A stretch of DNA of 64,000 nt, from NCBI GenBank assembly GCA_964016885.1, contig OZ024754.1:16368001-16432000 (forward strand). Reading direction: 5' to 3'. The stretch is from Eledone cirrhosa (lineage: Eukaryota). The notes beneath the pieces are model-generated. The model was not told where the DNA came from. It ran no database searches and saw only the letters and a list, made by a program, of their open reading frames with translations. A program made the position numbers and the translations under genes. Positions 41,204 through 55,300 of this stretch are shown piece after piece (position 1 is the stretch's first letter; each line of letters starts with the position of its first letter).

Positions 41204-41807
41204 CAGTGTGACACAATGTATGATGATAAGGTAGGCCCTTTGAATTAGAGGTACAGTTCCTCTGATGGGCTTCCAAACAGTTTCTGTTCATCCAATTTCA
41301 TTCACAAGGTCAACATGAAGCTATGGTAAATGACACACTGGCCCACGATGTCACACAGAAGGATCAAACCCAGAACGTCATGATTGTGAAATTAAGTTTT
41401 TAACCATTTGGGCATGCTGTGTTCACGACTCCCAGATCAGAGTTACAAGGAATCTGTGAAGTTCTTCAATTCACATGCAATAAACTGTAAACCATGTGTT
41501 TTCAGTTAAGAATATGTAATATCAATTGATCATTCCATAAGCTCCAAGAGAAATTGCAGCATAACTAGTGTTTATTTATTTTTAGTGTTTGTATGCGTCT
41601 TGGCATGAGGCCAAACATTTGAAGCAATGTATGCAGTCAGTTCAATTGATCCCAGTACATTGCTCATGTTTTTCTATTGATTTCAGTAGGATGAGGATGA
41701 ACCCTGACAAAATGTGAACTTTGGCTATATACAGATGGAATTAAATAATAATTTCTAATTTAGGTACAAGACCAACAATTTTTGGGGGAGTGGAAAGCCA
41801 CTGTCAC

Positions 41808-41988
41808 CATGCTTTGCAGCATAGAGTTACGGCCCTTAACGTTCTGAGTTCAAATCCTGCCAAAGTTATCTTTGCCTTTCATCCTTACAGGGTTGATAAA
41901 ATAAAGTACCAGTAATGCACTGGGGTTAATTTAATTGACTTTTCCCTCCCCTTCAAATTGCTGGCGTTGTGCCTAAAATCAGAAACCA
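41808..41988 (+). mobile_element. SINE family 2, partial
   Basis: GAGTTCAAATCC..TTTGCCTTTCATCC..GATAAAATAAAGTACCAG. Confidence 0.72.
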
Positions 41989-42268
41989 TTTGCATTTGAA
42001 AGAAGTTGTGCTCAACAATATAGACAAACATTCTTGAAATTATTGTCTGGTCTGTTAAACACAATAAGCCATATTGCTGCATGGCTGCTTTCTTAACTGT
42101 TTCACAAAGTAATTTTGTCTATGATTTGGTAGATATATCATGACCCCTCTCCTCATCGTCATCGCCATCATCATCGTCATCATGGCAGAAAATGTGACTA
42201 AGAGCCAGGCTTTCTAGACATCATCTATCTCTACGTCTAACATTAACCCTTTCATTATTATATTTCTA

Positions 42269-42457
42269 GGCCGGTGGATTGGCAGTATCGGTAAAGGGTC
42301 GGACGCCATCCTTTCCAGCATAGTTACGTCCCTTTACGATCTGAGTTCAAATCCCGCCGAGGTTGACTTTGCCTTTCATCCTTACGGGGTCGATAAAATA
42401 AAGTACCAGTAATGCACTGGGTAATTTGCTGGCCTTGTGCCTAAAGTAGAAACAATT
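42269..42457 (+). mobile_element. tRNA-derived SINE family 2
   Basis: As 40060-40241. Confidence 0.8.
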
Positions 42458-43205
42458 ATTATATTTCTAATGAAAGACGTGTTCTTCCGTGTATTGCACC
42501 CATTTGTGTATAATGTGCACCCTTTCTGACCATGGCTTTGTAGAAACCTTGGCAAACGCTGTAATTCCAGACATAGATGAAACAACACTTATACAATATC
42601 AGTATGACTTTAACGAAACATTTTATTACATAATATTGTATTAGAAAAGGTACAATTGAAGTCAAAAGGTAGTCAGTGCTGGTTGATTCTTGATACAGAC
42701 TCTTGTCTTCTGCTGACTGTTTTCTCAGGAACAGGTCTGAAAATAAGCTGGAAACATTTAGCTATGGCGTACACTGTACATTCACCAAAACAAACAAGGA
42801 AGAATATGGTATGTTTTTTGAATAATTTTGAAAATAATCAAGAATTTTGAGATGTTTAATAACATAACTAACTTATTATTTAGTTGGAACACAAAGTTTC
42901 TTACGTAAAATTATGATGAAGGTTTTATCCCATTTGTGACTAATGAAATATCCTTTATTTCAATTAATGAAGAATTGTGAGGCATTTATTTAAATCATTA
43001 TTTCATCACTAAGATAGGGGCTTAATATATCATCCTCATATAAAATTATGTCGGAAGATTTTAATTTAAATAGGAACCCTTTAAAATGGGTGATTTTGTT
43101 TCATAAAACCAGAGCTGGTTTTGGCTGGGTTGAAATCAAAAGTGGTTAATGAAGAATTTTGTGGATGTATTTAAATTATTGATTATTTCATTACTAAGAT
43201 AGTAA

Positions 43206-43370
43206 CTGTAAATGTGGTTGGCATTAGGAAGGGCATCCAGCCATAGAAACCAAGCCCAAATCAGTTCTGTGTGAGCAAAACATGGTCCTCCGACCCAAAC
43301 TCTCACAACGGGACAGCCCTTCCTACCCATGCTAGCATGGAAAATGGACATTAAATGATGATGATGACGA
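43206..43370 (+). mobile_element. RTE/SINE 3' end fragment
   Basis: TTAGGAAGGGCATCCAGC..CCCATGCTAGCATGG..(GAT)n. Confidence 0.78.
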
Positions 43371-43696
43371 CCAACACTGCCATTTTGTAGTGTGGACTGT
43401 GAGCAATTTATTTTGACACCAACACTAGCACTAGCTGTTCTCAGCCGGGCCGGGAGAGGGTGATATTATAAATTCTTTAACAGATCTTTTCATAGCTAAA
43501 ATTCTGTTTGTGTATTAAATTGGTGGGGATAAGATATTAACTATTCATTAGCTCTATATTTTGATTGTTACACTAGATTATTCCATTGAACCTGTGGTGA
43601 ATACTTTACTTTCTGAATAGTCTGCCAGCCCGTATATATGTGTGTGTGTGTCTGTGTCAGTATGTATGTGTGTGTGTATGTATATGTGTGTGTACA

Positions 43697-43898
43697 AACG
43701 AGGGTTGGCTGAAAAGTTCATAGGCTGACCGAGATACTCTCATGGAATAATCAAATGAAGTTTAATTTTCAACATAGTCCTTGGAAAGAAGCAATGCAGT
43801 TATTAATAAGAAGAGTTGAAATTAATGTATAGAAGATTTCACAGTTCTAGCATCACGCCTTCACAGTCAACCCATGAATTTTTCAGCCTACTCTCATA
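43697..43898. mobile_element. Decayed mariner-like MITE
   Basis: Imperfect TIRs ACGAGGGTTGGCTGAAAAGTTCAT / ATGAATTTTTCAGCCTACTCTCAT. Confidence 0.55.
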
Positions 43899-43990
43899 TA
43901 ATGAAATTCTTTGTTATAAAATCTAATATTTGGGACATAATGTTTATGGTGGGATTGAATCTGAAACTACAGGGTTGAAAAGCAAACCCC

Positions 43991-44205
43991 TTAGCCCTTT
44001 AGCATTTAAACCAGCCATATCCATCAGAATTCTCTCTCCTCTTTCTGTTCAAATCAGCCATAATCAGCTACTCATACTGATGTTAAGGTATTGTTCTCAA
44101 AATAAATAATATCAAAATCTTGTAGCTTCTATATTATGTAAGGTAAAGCCTTTACAGTGAAAATATAATAATAAATATAGAATAATGTAAATGCTAAAGG
44201 GTTAA
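43991..44205 (-). mobile_element. piggyBac-like MITE
   Basis: CCCTTTAGCATTTA..TAAATGCTAAAGGG|TTAA; interior inverted relative to the other copies. Confidence 0.78.
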
Positions 44206-44306
44206 ACCACAATCAGGCCTAGTTTTATTTTATTTTAGTTATTTTAGTTATTTTTTCATTTTTATGTGAGGTGTTTTAGAAAAAAATGAAATATTAAAAA
44301 TATAGT

Positions 44307-44530
44307 TTCACCCTTTAACATTTACATTATTCTATATTTATTATATTTTCATAGTAAAGGCTTTCTTACATAATTATCTCTCATAATAACAAATTTATGA
44401 GATATTGATATTATTTATTTTGAGACCAATACCTTAACATAAGTAAGAGTGGCCGGTTACAGTCGGTTTGAACAGAAAGAAATGAGAGAATTCAGGCCAG
44501 ATATGGCTGGTTTAAATGCTAAAGGGTTAA
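44307..44530 (+). mobile_element. piggyBac-like MITE
   Basis: Same TIRs and interior. Confidence 0.78.
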
Positions 44531-44856
44531 AAGGAAACCACAAACAAAACGAAACAAAAAACAAGTGGAAATATATTAGATTGTTATTTGGCTGCCATTT
44601 TGAAAATCAAGCTGAATATTTGATAGCTAAAATGCCCCAATAATTGTTTTTATCTGTCATCATTAATGTCTGTTTTCAAAGTCTCATATTATCTATTTAT
44701 GTTTAATTTATTAACATATTAGTATCTATATTGAATTTACATCTTCTCCTGCATCAGGAATGAGTCTTTTAATCAAACAGTGTAACTTAGTATTGCATTG
44801 TATTGTCATTGTAGTAGTGTTTATTGCTAGTGTGTATAAATGTTATATAATTGTTG

Positions 44857-45321
44857 CCACCACTACCACCACCACCACCACCACTACCACCATCATCACC
44901 ACTACCTCCACCACCACCACCACCACCACCACCACCACCACCAACACCACTACCTCAACCACCACCACTACCACCATCATACTCACCACCACCTCCACCA
45001 CCACTACCACCATCGTCATCACCACCACCTCCACCACCACCACCACTACCACCACCACTACCACCACTACCACCACCACCACCACCACCATCATCATCAC
45101 CACCACCACCACCACTACCACCACCATTATCATCACCACTAGCACCACCACCACCATCACCATCACCACCACCACGACCACCATTATCATCACCACTACC
45201 ACTGCCACCAACACCACCACCACCACCACTACCACCATCATCATCACTACCACCACTGCCACCACCACTGCCACCACCACCACCACCACCACCAGCACCA
45301 CCAGCACCACGACCACCATCA
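44857..45321. repeat. (ACC)n/(ATC)n trinucleotide tract, followed by a decayed minus-strand RTE-type tail
   Basis: Direct reading; CCATACTGGCATGGGTTGGAC follows at 45348. Confidence 0.92.
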
Positions 45322-45616
45322 TAACATCAGAGTTTTATATAGTTTTTCCATACTGGCATGGGTTGGACAGGTTGTGATATCCTGAAATATAACAGGTCAG
45401 ATGACCACCTTATCATTTTGTAATGGTTTCTAAAACTGGATGACTTTCCTAATACCTTCTTACTGTACTGTGAGCTTGTGTCATCCTCAGCCTAGCTGGG
45501 AAGGCATTCATGGAAGTAGGGAAGATGGGAATGAGGTGAGGTATATCAAGATACATGTTTGTTTAAAGGAAGGAGGGGGAGGGGAGCTGCAAAGGGGATG
45601 AGAGACGGAAGTGGTA

Positions 45617-45825
45617 TTAACCCTTTAGCATTTACATTACGCTATATATACTATTATATTTTCACAGTAAAGGTTTTACCTCACATAATATCAAATCTAT
45701 AAGATTTTGATATTATTTATTTTGAGAACAATACCTTAACATCAGTATGAGCAGTCGGTTACAGGTTTGAACAGAAAGAGGTGAATTCTGGCTGGATATG
45801 GCCGGTTTAAATGCTAAAGGGTTAA
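45617..45825 (+). mobile_element. piggyBac-like MITE with intact TTAA target-site duplication
   Basis: TTAA|CCCTTTAGCATTTA...TAAATGCTAAAGGG|TTAA. Confidence 0.85.
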
Positions 45826-46036
45826 GGGGAGGGTGTAAGTAGGGAGGTGACCCTCAAAAAGAAGAGGATGAAAGAGGGATATGGCCTTAAAAAGAACGAG
45901 AGATATTGTGACGGCCAGGTTAAGAAGTAGTGGGGGTGGGCGTGAATTAAAAATTAACCATAATCTTTTGATACCATTCTGTCCAACACTGCATTTGATT
46001 CTATTTTAAATGATGATGATGATGATGGTGGTGGTG

Positions 46037-46381
46037 GTTTACGTCAGCTTTTCCCTGCTTGCAAGGGTGAGATGGGAACTGATTCTGGCTTCATTTCTAC
46101 AGCTGGATGCCCTTCCTAACACCAACCTCATTTACAGTGAGGGCTGGGTGCTTTTTTTCCGTGGCGCCTACACGTCCACTTTACAGTGTGGGCCGGGTGC
46201 TTTTTTGCCGTGGCACCTCCACAACCACTTTGCAGTGGAATGATAAGGACCCCAGTCCCTATCATCTCATTTCTACAGCTGAGTAAACTGGAGCAATGTG
46301 AAATAAAGTGTCTTGCTCAAGGAAACAACACATTACCCGGTATGGGAATTGAACTCACAACCTTTCGATTGCAAGGTCAAT
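46037..46381 (-). mobile_element. CORE-like SINE with RTE tail; A box lost at the satellite junction
   Basis: Same family as 10117-10461 but with two copies of the internal ~48-bp unit. Confidence 0.85.
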
Positions 46382-49300
46382 AACTTGGTCAGAGAAAATC
46401 CTTTCTTTAGGTTTATAACTTGGTCAGAGAAACTCCTTTCTTTAGGTTTATAACTTGGTCAAAGAAAACCCTTTCTTTAGATTTATAACTTGGTGAGAAA
46501 ATCATTTCTTTAGGTTTATAACTGTGTGAGAAAATCATTTCTTTAGGTTTATAACTTGGTCAGAGAAAATCCTTTCTTTAGATTTATAACTAGGTGAGAA
46601 AATCCTTTCTTTAGGTTTATAACTTGGTCAGAGAAAATCGTTTCTTTAGGTTTATAACTTGGTCAGAGAAAATCCTTTCTTTAGGTTTATAACTTGGTGA
46701 GAAAATCCTTTCTTTAGGTTTATAACCTGGTCAGAGAAAATCCTTTCTTTAGATTTATAACTTGGTCAGAGAAAATCCTTTCTTTAGATTAATAACTTGG
46801 TCAGAGAAAATCCTTTCTTTAGGTTTATAACTTGGTGAGAAAATTCTTTCTTTAGATATATAACTTTGTCAGAGAAAATCCTTTCTTTAGATTGGTCAGA
46901 GAAAATCGTTTCTCTAGGTTTATAACTTGGTGAGAAAATCCTTTCTTTAGGTTTATAACTTGGTTAGAGAAAATCCTTTCTTTAGATTTATAACTTGGTC
47001 AGAGAAAATCCTTCCTTTAGGTTTATAACTTGGTGAGAAAATCCTTTCTTCAGATTTATAACTTGGTCAGAGAAAATCCTTTCTTTAGATTTATAACTTG
47101 GTTAGAGAAAATCCTTTCTTTAGGTTTATAACTTGGTCAGAGAAAATCGTTTCTTTAGGTTTATAACTTGGTGGGAAAATCGTTTCTTTAGGTTTATAAC
47201 TTGGTCAGAGAAAATCCTTTCTTTAGATTTATAACTAGGTGAGAAAATACTTTCTTTAGGTTTATAACTTGGTCAGAGAAAATCCTTTCTTTAGATTTAT
47301 AAACTTGGTCGGAGAAAATCCTTTCTTTAGGTTTATAACTTGGTGAGAAAATCCTTTCTTTAGGTTTATAACCTGGTCAGAGAAAATCCTTTCTTTAGAT
47401 TTATAACTTGGTCAGGGAAAATTCTTTCTTTAGATTTATAACTTGGTCAGAGAAAACACTTTCTTTAGATTTATAACTTGGTCAGAGAAAATCCTTTCTT
47501 TAGGTATATAACTTGGTCAGAGAAAATCTTTTCTTTAGGTTTATAACTTGGTCAGAGAAAATCATTTCTTTAGGTTTATAACTTGGTCAGAGAAAATCTT
47601 TTCTTTAGGTTTATAACTTGGTCAGAGAAAATCCTTTCTTTAGGTTTATAACTTGGACGGAGAAAATCCTTTCTTTAGGTTTATAACTTGGTCAGAGAAA
47701 ATCATTTCTTTAGATTTATAACTTGGTGAGAAAATCCTTTCTTTAGGTTTATAACTTGGTTAGAGAAAATCCTTTCTTTAGGTTTATAACTTGGTCAGAG
47801 AAAATCCTTTCTTTAGGTTTATAACTTGGTGAGAAAATCCTTTCTTCAGATTTATAACTTGGTCAGAGAAAATCCTTTCTTTAGATTTATAACTTGGTTA
47901 GAGAAAATCCTTTCTTTAGGTTTATAACTTGGTCAGAGAAAATCCTTCCTTTAGGTTTATAACTTGGTGGGAAAATCGTTTCTTTAGGTTTATAACTTGG
48001 TCAGAGAAAATCCTTTCTTTAGATTTATAACTAGGTGAGAAAATACTTTCTTTAGGTTTATAACTTGGTTAGAGAAAATCCTTTCTTTAGGTTTATAACT
48101 TGGTCAGAGAAAATCATTTCTTTAGATTTATAACTTGGTGAGAACATCCTTTCTTTAGGTTTAAAACTTGGTGAGAAAATCCTTTCTTTAGGTTTATAAC
48201 TTGGTGAGAAAATCCTTTCTTTAGGTTTATAACTGGGTGAGAAAATCATTTCTTTAGGTTTATAACTTGGTCAGAGAAAATCTTTTCTTTAGGTTTATAA
48301 CTTGGTCAGAGAAAATCCTTTTTTAGGTTTATAACTTGGTCAGAGAAAATCCTTTCTTTAGGTTTATAACTTGGTGGGAAAATTGTTTCTTTAGGTTTAT
48401 AACTTGGTCATAGAAAATCCTTTCTTTAGATTTATAACTAGGTCTCAGAAAATCCTTTCTTTAGGTTTATAACCTGGTTAGAGAATATCCTTTCTTTAGA
48501 TTTATAAATTGGTTAGAGAAAATCATTTCTTTAGATTTATAACTTGGTGAGAAAATCCTTTCTTTAGGTTTAAAACTTGGTGAGAAAATCCTTTCTTTAG
48601 GTTTATAACTTGGTGAGAAAATCCTTTCTTTAGGTTTATAACTGGGTGAGAAAATCATTTCTTTAGGTTTATAACTTGGTCAGAGAAAATCTTTTCTTTA
48701 GGTTTATAACTTGGTCAGAGAAAATCCTTTTTTAGGTTTATAACTTGGTCAGAGAAAATCCTTTCTTTAGGTTTATAACTTGGTGGGAAAATTGTTTCTT
48801 TAGGTTTATAACTTGGTCATAGAAAATCCTTTCTTTAGATTTATAACTAGGTCTCAGAAAATCCTTTCTTTAGGTTTATAACCTGGTTAGAGAATATCCT
48901 TTCTTTAGATTTATAAATTGGTTAGAGAAAATCCTTTCTATAGATTTATAACATGGTCAGAGAAAATCCTTTCTTTAGATTTATAACTTGGTTAGAGAAA
49001 ATCCTTTCTTTAGATTTATAACTTGGTGAGAAAATCCTTTCTTTAGATTTATAACTTGGTCAGAGAAAATCCTTTCTTTAGATTTATAACTTGGTCAGAG
49101 AAGATCCTTTCTTTAGATTTATAACTTGGTCAGAGAAAATCCTTTCTTTAGATTTATAACTTGGTTAGAGAAAATCCTTTCTTTAGGTTTATAACTTGGT
49201 GAGAAAATCCTTTCTTTAGGTTTATAACTGGGTGAGAAAATCCTTTCTTTAGGTTTATAACTTGGTCAGAGGAAATCTTTTCTTTAGGTTTATAACTTGG

Positions 49301-52300
49301 TCAGAGAAAATCCTTTTTTAGGTTTATAACTTGGTCAAAGAAAATCCTTTCTTTAGATTTATAACTTAGTTAGAGAAAATCCTTTCTTTAGGTTTATAAC
49401 TTGGTCAGAGAAAATCATTCCTTTAGCTTTATAACCTGATGCGAAAATCCTTTCTTTAGATTTATAATTTTGTCACTGAAAATCCTTTCTTTAGTTTTAT
49501 AACTTGGTCAAAGAAAATCCTTTTTTTAGATTTATAACTTGGTCATAGACAATCTTCTCTTTAGGTTTATAACTCTGTGAGAAATTCCTTTCTATAGGTA
49601 TATAACTTGGTCAGAGAAAATCCTTTCTTCAGATTTATCACTTGGTCAGAGTAAATCATTTCTTTAGATTTATAAATGGGTCAGAGAAAATCCTTTCATT
49701 AGGTTTCTAACTTGGTCAGAGAAATTCCTTTCTTTAGGTTTATAAATTAGTCAGAGAAAACCCTTTCTTTAGATTTATAACTGGGTCAGAGAAAATCCTT
49801 TCTTCAGATTTATAACTTGGTCAGAGAAAGTCCTTCTCCAGATTTATCACTTGGTCAGAGAAAATCCTCAATTAGATTCATAACTGGGTCAGAGAAAATC
49901 CTTTCTTTAGGTTTATAACTTGATCAGAGAAAATCCTTTCTTTAGGTTTATAACTTTGTCAGAAAAATCATTTCTTTAGATCTATAACTTGGTCAGAGAA
50001 ATCTCTTTCTTTAGGTTTATAACTTGGTGAGAAATTCCTTTCTTTAGAACTATAACTTGTTCAGAGAGAATCCTTTCTTCAGATTTATAACTTCGTCATA
50101 GAAAATCCTTTCTTTAGATTTATAACTTGGTCAGAGAAAATCCTTTCTTTAGATTTATAACATGGTCAGAGAAAATCCTTTCTTCAGATTTATAACTTGG
50201 TCAGAGAAAATCCTTTCTTTAGATTTATAACTTGGTCAGAGAAAATCCTTTCTTTAGGTTTATAACTTGGTCAAAGAAAATCCTTTCTTTAGACTTATAA
50301 CTTGGTCAGAGAAAATCCTTTCTTTAGATTTATAACTTGGTCAGAGAAAATCCTTTCTTCAGATTTATCACTTGGTCAGAGTAAATCATTTCTTTAGATT
50401 TATAAATGGGTCAGAGAAAATCCTTTCATTAGGTTTCTAACTTGGTCAGAGAAATTCCTTTCTTTAGGTTTATAAATTAGTCAGAGAAAACCCTTTCTTT
50501 AGATTTATAACTGGGTCAGAGAAAATCCTTTCTTCAGATTTATAACTTGGTCAGAGAAAATCCTTCTCCAGATTTATCACTTGGTCAGAGAAAATCCTTA
50601 ATTAGATTCATAACTGGGTCAGAGAAAATCCTTTCTTTAGGTTTATAACTTGGTCAGAGAAAATCCTTTCTTTAGGTTTATAACTTTGTCAGAGAAAATC
50701 ATCTCTTTAGATCTATAACTCGGTCAGAGAAAATCCATTCTTTACGTTTATAACTTGTTCAGAGAAAATCCTTTCTATAGGTTTATAACTTGGTCAGGGA
50801 AAATCCTTTCTTCAGATTTATCACTTGGTCAGAGTAAATCATTTCTTCAGATTTGTATATGGGTCAGAGAAAATCCTTTCATTAGGTTTCTAACTTGGTC
50901 AGAGAAATTCCTTTCTTTAGGTTTATAACTTGGTCATAGGAAATCCTTTCTTCAGATTTATAACTTGGTCAGAGAAAATCCTTCTTCAGATTCATCACTT
51001 GGTCAGAGAAAATCATTAATTAGATTCATAACTGGGTCAGAGAAAATCCTTTCTTTAGGTTTATAACTTGATCAGAGAAAATCCTTTCTTTAGGTTTATA
51101 ACTTTGTCAGAGAAAATCATTTCTTTAGATTTATAACTTGGTCAGAGAAATCCCTTTCTTTAGGTTTATAACTTGGTGAGAAATTCCTTTCTTTACGTTT
51201 ATAACATGGTCAGAGAAAATACTTTCTTTATGTTTATAACTTGTTCAGAGAGAATCATTTCTTCAGATTTATAACTTCGTCAAAGAAAATTTTTTCTTTA
51301 GATTTATAACTTGGTCAGAGAAAACCGTTTTTTAGATTTATAACTTGGTCAGTGAAAATCGTTTCTTTAGGTTTATAACTTGGGGAGAAAATCCTTTCTT
51401 TAGGTTTATAACTTGGTCAGAGAAAATCCTTTCTTTAGATTTATAACTTGGTGAGAGAAAATCCTTTCTTTAGATTTATAACTTGGTCAGAGATAATTCT
51501 TTTTTTAGGTTTATAACTTGGTGAGATAATCCTTTCTTTAGGTTTATAACTTGGTCAGAGAAAATTCTTTCTTTAGATTTATAACTTGGTCAGAGAAAAT
51601 CCTTTCTTTAGGTTTATAACTTGGTCAGAGAAAATTCTTTCTATAGATTTATAACTTGATCAGAGAAAATCCTTTCATTAGGTGTATAACTTGGTGAGAA
51701 AATTCTTTCTTTAGATATATAACTTTGTCAGAGAAAATCCTTTTTTTAGAATGTTCAGAGAAAATCGTTTCTCTAGATTTATAACTTGGTGAGAAAATCC
51801 TTTCTTTAGGTTTATAACTTGGTGAGAAAATCCTTTCTTTAGGTTTATAACCTGGTCAGAGAAAATCCTTTCTTTAGATTTATAACTTGGTCAGAGAAAA
51901 TCCTTTCTTTAGATTAATAACTTGGTCAGAGAAAATCCTTTCTTTAGGTTTATAACTTGGTGAGAAAATTCTTTCTTTAGATATATAACTTTGTCAGAGA
52001 AAATCCTTTCTTTAGATTGGTCAGAGAAAATCGTTTCTCTAGGTTTATAACTTGGTGAGAAAATCCTTTCTTTAGGTTTATAACTTGGTTAGAGAAAATC
52101 CTTTCTTTAGATTTATAACTTGGTCAGAGAAAATCCTTCCTTTAGGTTTATAACTTGGTGAGAAAATCCTTTCTTCAGATTTATAACTTGGTCAGAGAAA
52201 ATCCTTTCTTTAGATTTATAACTTGGTTAGAGAAAATCCTTTCTTTAGGTTTATAACTTGGTCAGAGAAAATCGTTTCTTTAGGTTTATAACTTGGTGGG

Positions 52301-55300
52301 AAAATCGTTTCTTTAGGTTTATAACTTGGTCAGAGAAAATCCTTTCTTTAGATTTATAACTAGGTGAGAAAATACTTTCTTTAGGTTTATAACTTGGTCA
52401 GAGAAAATCCTTTCTTTAGATTTATAAACTTGGTCGGAGAAAATCCTTTCTTTAGGTTTATAACTTGGTGAGAAAATCCTTTCTTTAGGTTTATAACCTG
52501 GTCAGAGAAAATCCTTTCTTTAGATTTATAACTTGGTCAGGGAAAATTCTTTCTTTAGATTTATAACTTGGTCAGAGAAAACACTTTCTTTAGATTTATA
52601 ACTTGGTCAGAGAAAATCCTTTCTTTAGGTATATAACTTGGTCAGAGAAAATCTTTTCTTTAGGTTTATAACTTGGTCAGAGAAAATCATTTCTTTAGGT
52701 TTATAACTTGGTCAGAGAAAATCTTTTCTTTAGGTTTATAACTTGGTCAGAGAAAATCCTTTCTTTAGGTTTATAACTTGGACGGAGAAAATCCTTTCTT
52801 TAGATTTATAACTTGGTTAGAGAAAATCCTTTCTTTAGGTTTATAACTTGGTCAGAGAAAATCATTTCTTTAGATTTATAACTTGGTGAGAAAATCCTTT
52901 CTTTAGGTTTATAACTTGGTTAGAGAAAATCCTTTCTTTAGATTTATAACTTGGTCAGAGAAAATCCTTTCTTTAGGTTTATAACTTGGTGAGAAAATCC
53001 TTTCTTCAGATTTATAACTTGGTCAGAGAAAATCCTTTCTTTAGATTTATAACTTGGTTAGAGAAAATCCTTTCTTTAGGTTTATAACTTGGTCAGAGAA
53101 AATCCTTTCTTTAGGTTTATAACTTGGTGGGAAAATCGTTTCTTTAGGTTTATAACTTGGTCAGAGAAAATCCTTTCTTTAGAGTTATAACTAGGTGAGA
53201 AAATACTTTCTTTAGGTTTATAACTTGGTTAGAGAAAATCCTTTCTTTAGGTTTATAACTTGGTCAGAGAAAATCATTTCTTTAGATTTATAACTTGGTG
53301 AGAAAATCCTTTCTTTAGGTTTAAAACTTGGTGAGAAAATCCTTTCTTTAGGTTTATAACTTGGTGAGAAAATCCTTTCTTTAGGTTTATAACTGGGTGA
53401 GAAAATCATTTCTTTAGGTTTATAACTTGGTCAGAGAAAATCTTTTCTTTAGGTTTATAACTTGGTCAGAGAAAATCCTTTTTTAGGTTTATAACTTGGT
53501 CAGAGAAAATCCTTTCTTTAGGTTTATAACTTGGTGGGAAAATTGTTTCTTTAGGTTTATAACTTGGTCATAGAAAATCCTTTCTTTAGATTTATAACTA
53601 GGTCTCAGAAAATCCTTTCTTTAGGTTTATAACCTGGTTAGAGAATATCCTTTCTTTAGATTTATAAATTGGTTAGAGAAAATCCTTTCTATAGATTTAT
53701 AACATGGTCAGAGAAAATCCTTTCTTTAGATTTATAACTTGGTTAGAGAAAATCCTTTCTTTAGATTTATAACTTGGTGAGAAAATCCTTTCTTTAGATT
53801 TATAACTTGGTCAGAGAAAATCCTTTCTTTAGATTTATAACTTGGTCAGAGAAGATCCTTTCTTTAGATTTATAACTTGGTCAGAGAAAATCCTTTCTTT
53901 AGATTTATAACTTGGTTAGAGAAAATCCTTTCTTTAGGTTTATAACTTGGTGAGAAAATCCTTTCTTTAGGTTTATAACTGGGTGAGAAAATCCTTTCTT
54001 TAGGTTTATAACTTGGTCAGAGGAAATCTTTTCTTTAGGTTTATAACTTGGTCAGAGAAAATCCTTTTTTAGGTTTATAACTTGGTCAAAGAAAATCCTT
54101 TCTTTAGATTTATAACTTGGTTAGAGAAAATCCTTTCTTTAGGTTTATAACTTGGTCAGAGAAAATCATTCCTTTAGCTTTATAACCTGATGCGAAAATG
54201 CTTTCTTTAGATTTATAATTTTGTCACTGAAAATCCTTTCTTTAGTTTTATAACTTGGTCAAAGAAAATCCTTTTTTTAGATTTATAACTTGGTCATAGA
54301 CAATCTTCTCTTTAGGTTTATAACTCTGTGAGAAATTCCTTTCTATAGGTATATAACTTGGTCAGAGAAAATCCTTTCTTCAGATTTATCACTTGGTCAG
54401 AGTAAATCATTTCTTTAGATTTATAAATGGGTCAGAGAAAATCCTTTCATTAGGTTTCTAACTTGGTCAGAGAAATTCCTTTCTTTAGGTTTATAAATTA
54501 GTCAGAGAAAACCCTTTCTTTAGATTTATAACTGGGTCAGAGAAAATCCTTTCTTCAGATTTATAACTTGGTCAGAGAAAATCCTTCTCCAGATTTATCA
54601 CTTGGTCAGAGAAAATCCTCAATTAGATTCATAACTGGGTCAGAGAAAATCCTTTCTTTAGGTTTATAACTTGATCAGAGAAAATCCTTTCTTTAGGTTT
54701 ATAACTTTGTCAGAAAAATCATTTCTTTAGATCTATAACTTGGTCAGAGAAATCTCTTTCTTTAGGTTTATAACTTGGTGAGAAATTCCTTTCTTTAGAT
54801 TTATAACTTGTTCAGAGAGAATCCTTTCTTCAGATTTATAACTTCGTCATAGAAAATCCTTTCTTTAGATTTATAACTTGGTCAGAGAAAATCCTTTCTT
54901 TAGATTTATAACATGGTCAGAGAAAATCCTTTCTTCAGATTTATAACTTGGTCAGAGAAAATCCTTTCTTTAGATTTATAACTTGGTCAGAGAAAATCCT
55001 TTCTTTAGGTTTATAACTTGGTCAAAGAAAATCCTTTCTTTAGACTTATAACTTGGTCAGAGAAAATCCTTTCTTTAGATTTATAACTTGGTCAGAGAAA
55101 ATCCTTTCTTCAGATTTATAACTTGGTCAGAGAAAATCCTTTCTTTAGGTTTATAACTTGGTCAGAGAAAATCATTCCTTTAGCTTTATAACCTGATGCG
55201 AAAATCCTTTCTTTAGATTTATAATTTTGTCACTGGAAATCCTTTTTTTAGATTTATAACTTGGTCATAGAAAATCTTCTCTTTAGGTTTATAACTCTGT

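Noticed and set aside
44760-45377. Mucin-like poly-Thr, poly-Pro or poly-His protein
   Set aside because: (ACC)n microsatellite open in several frames, adjoining a retroelement tail
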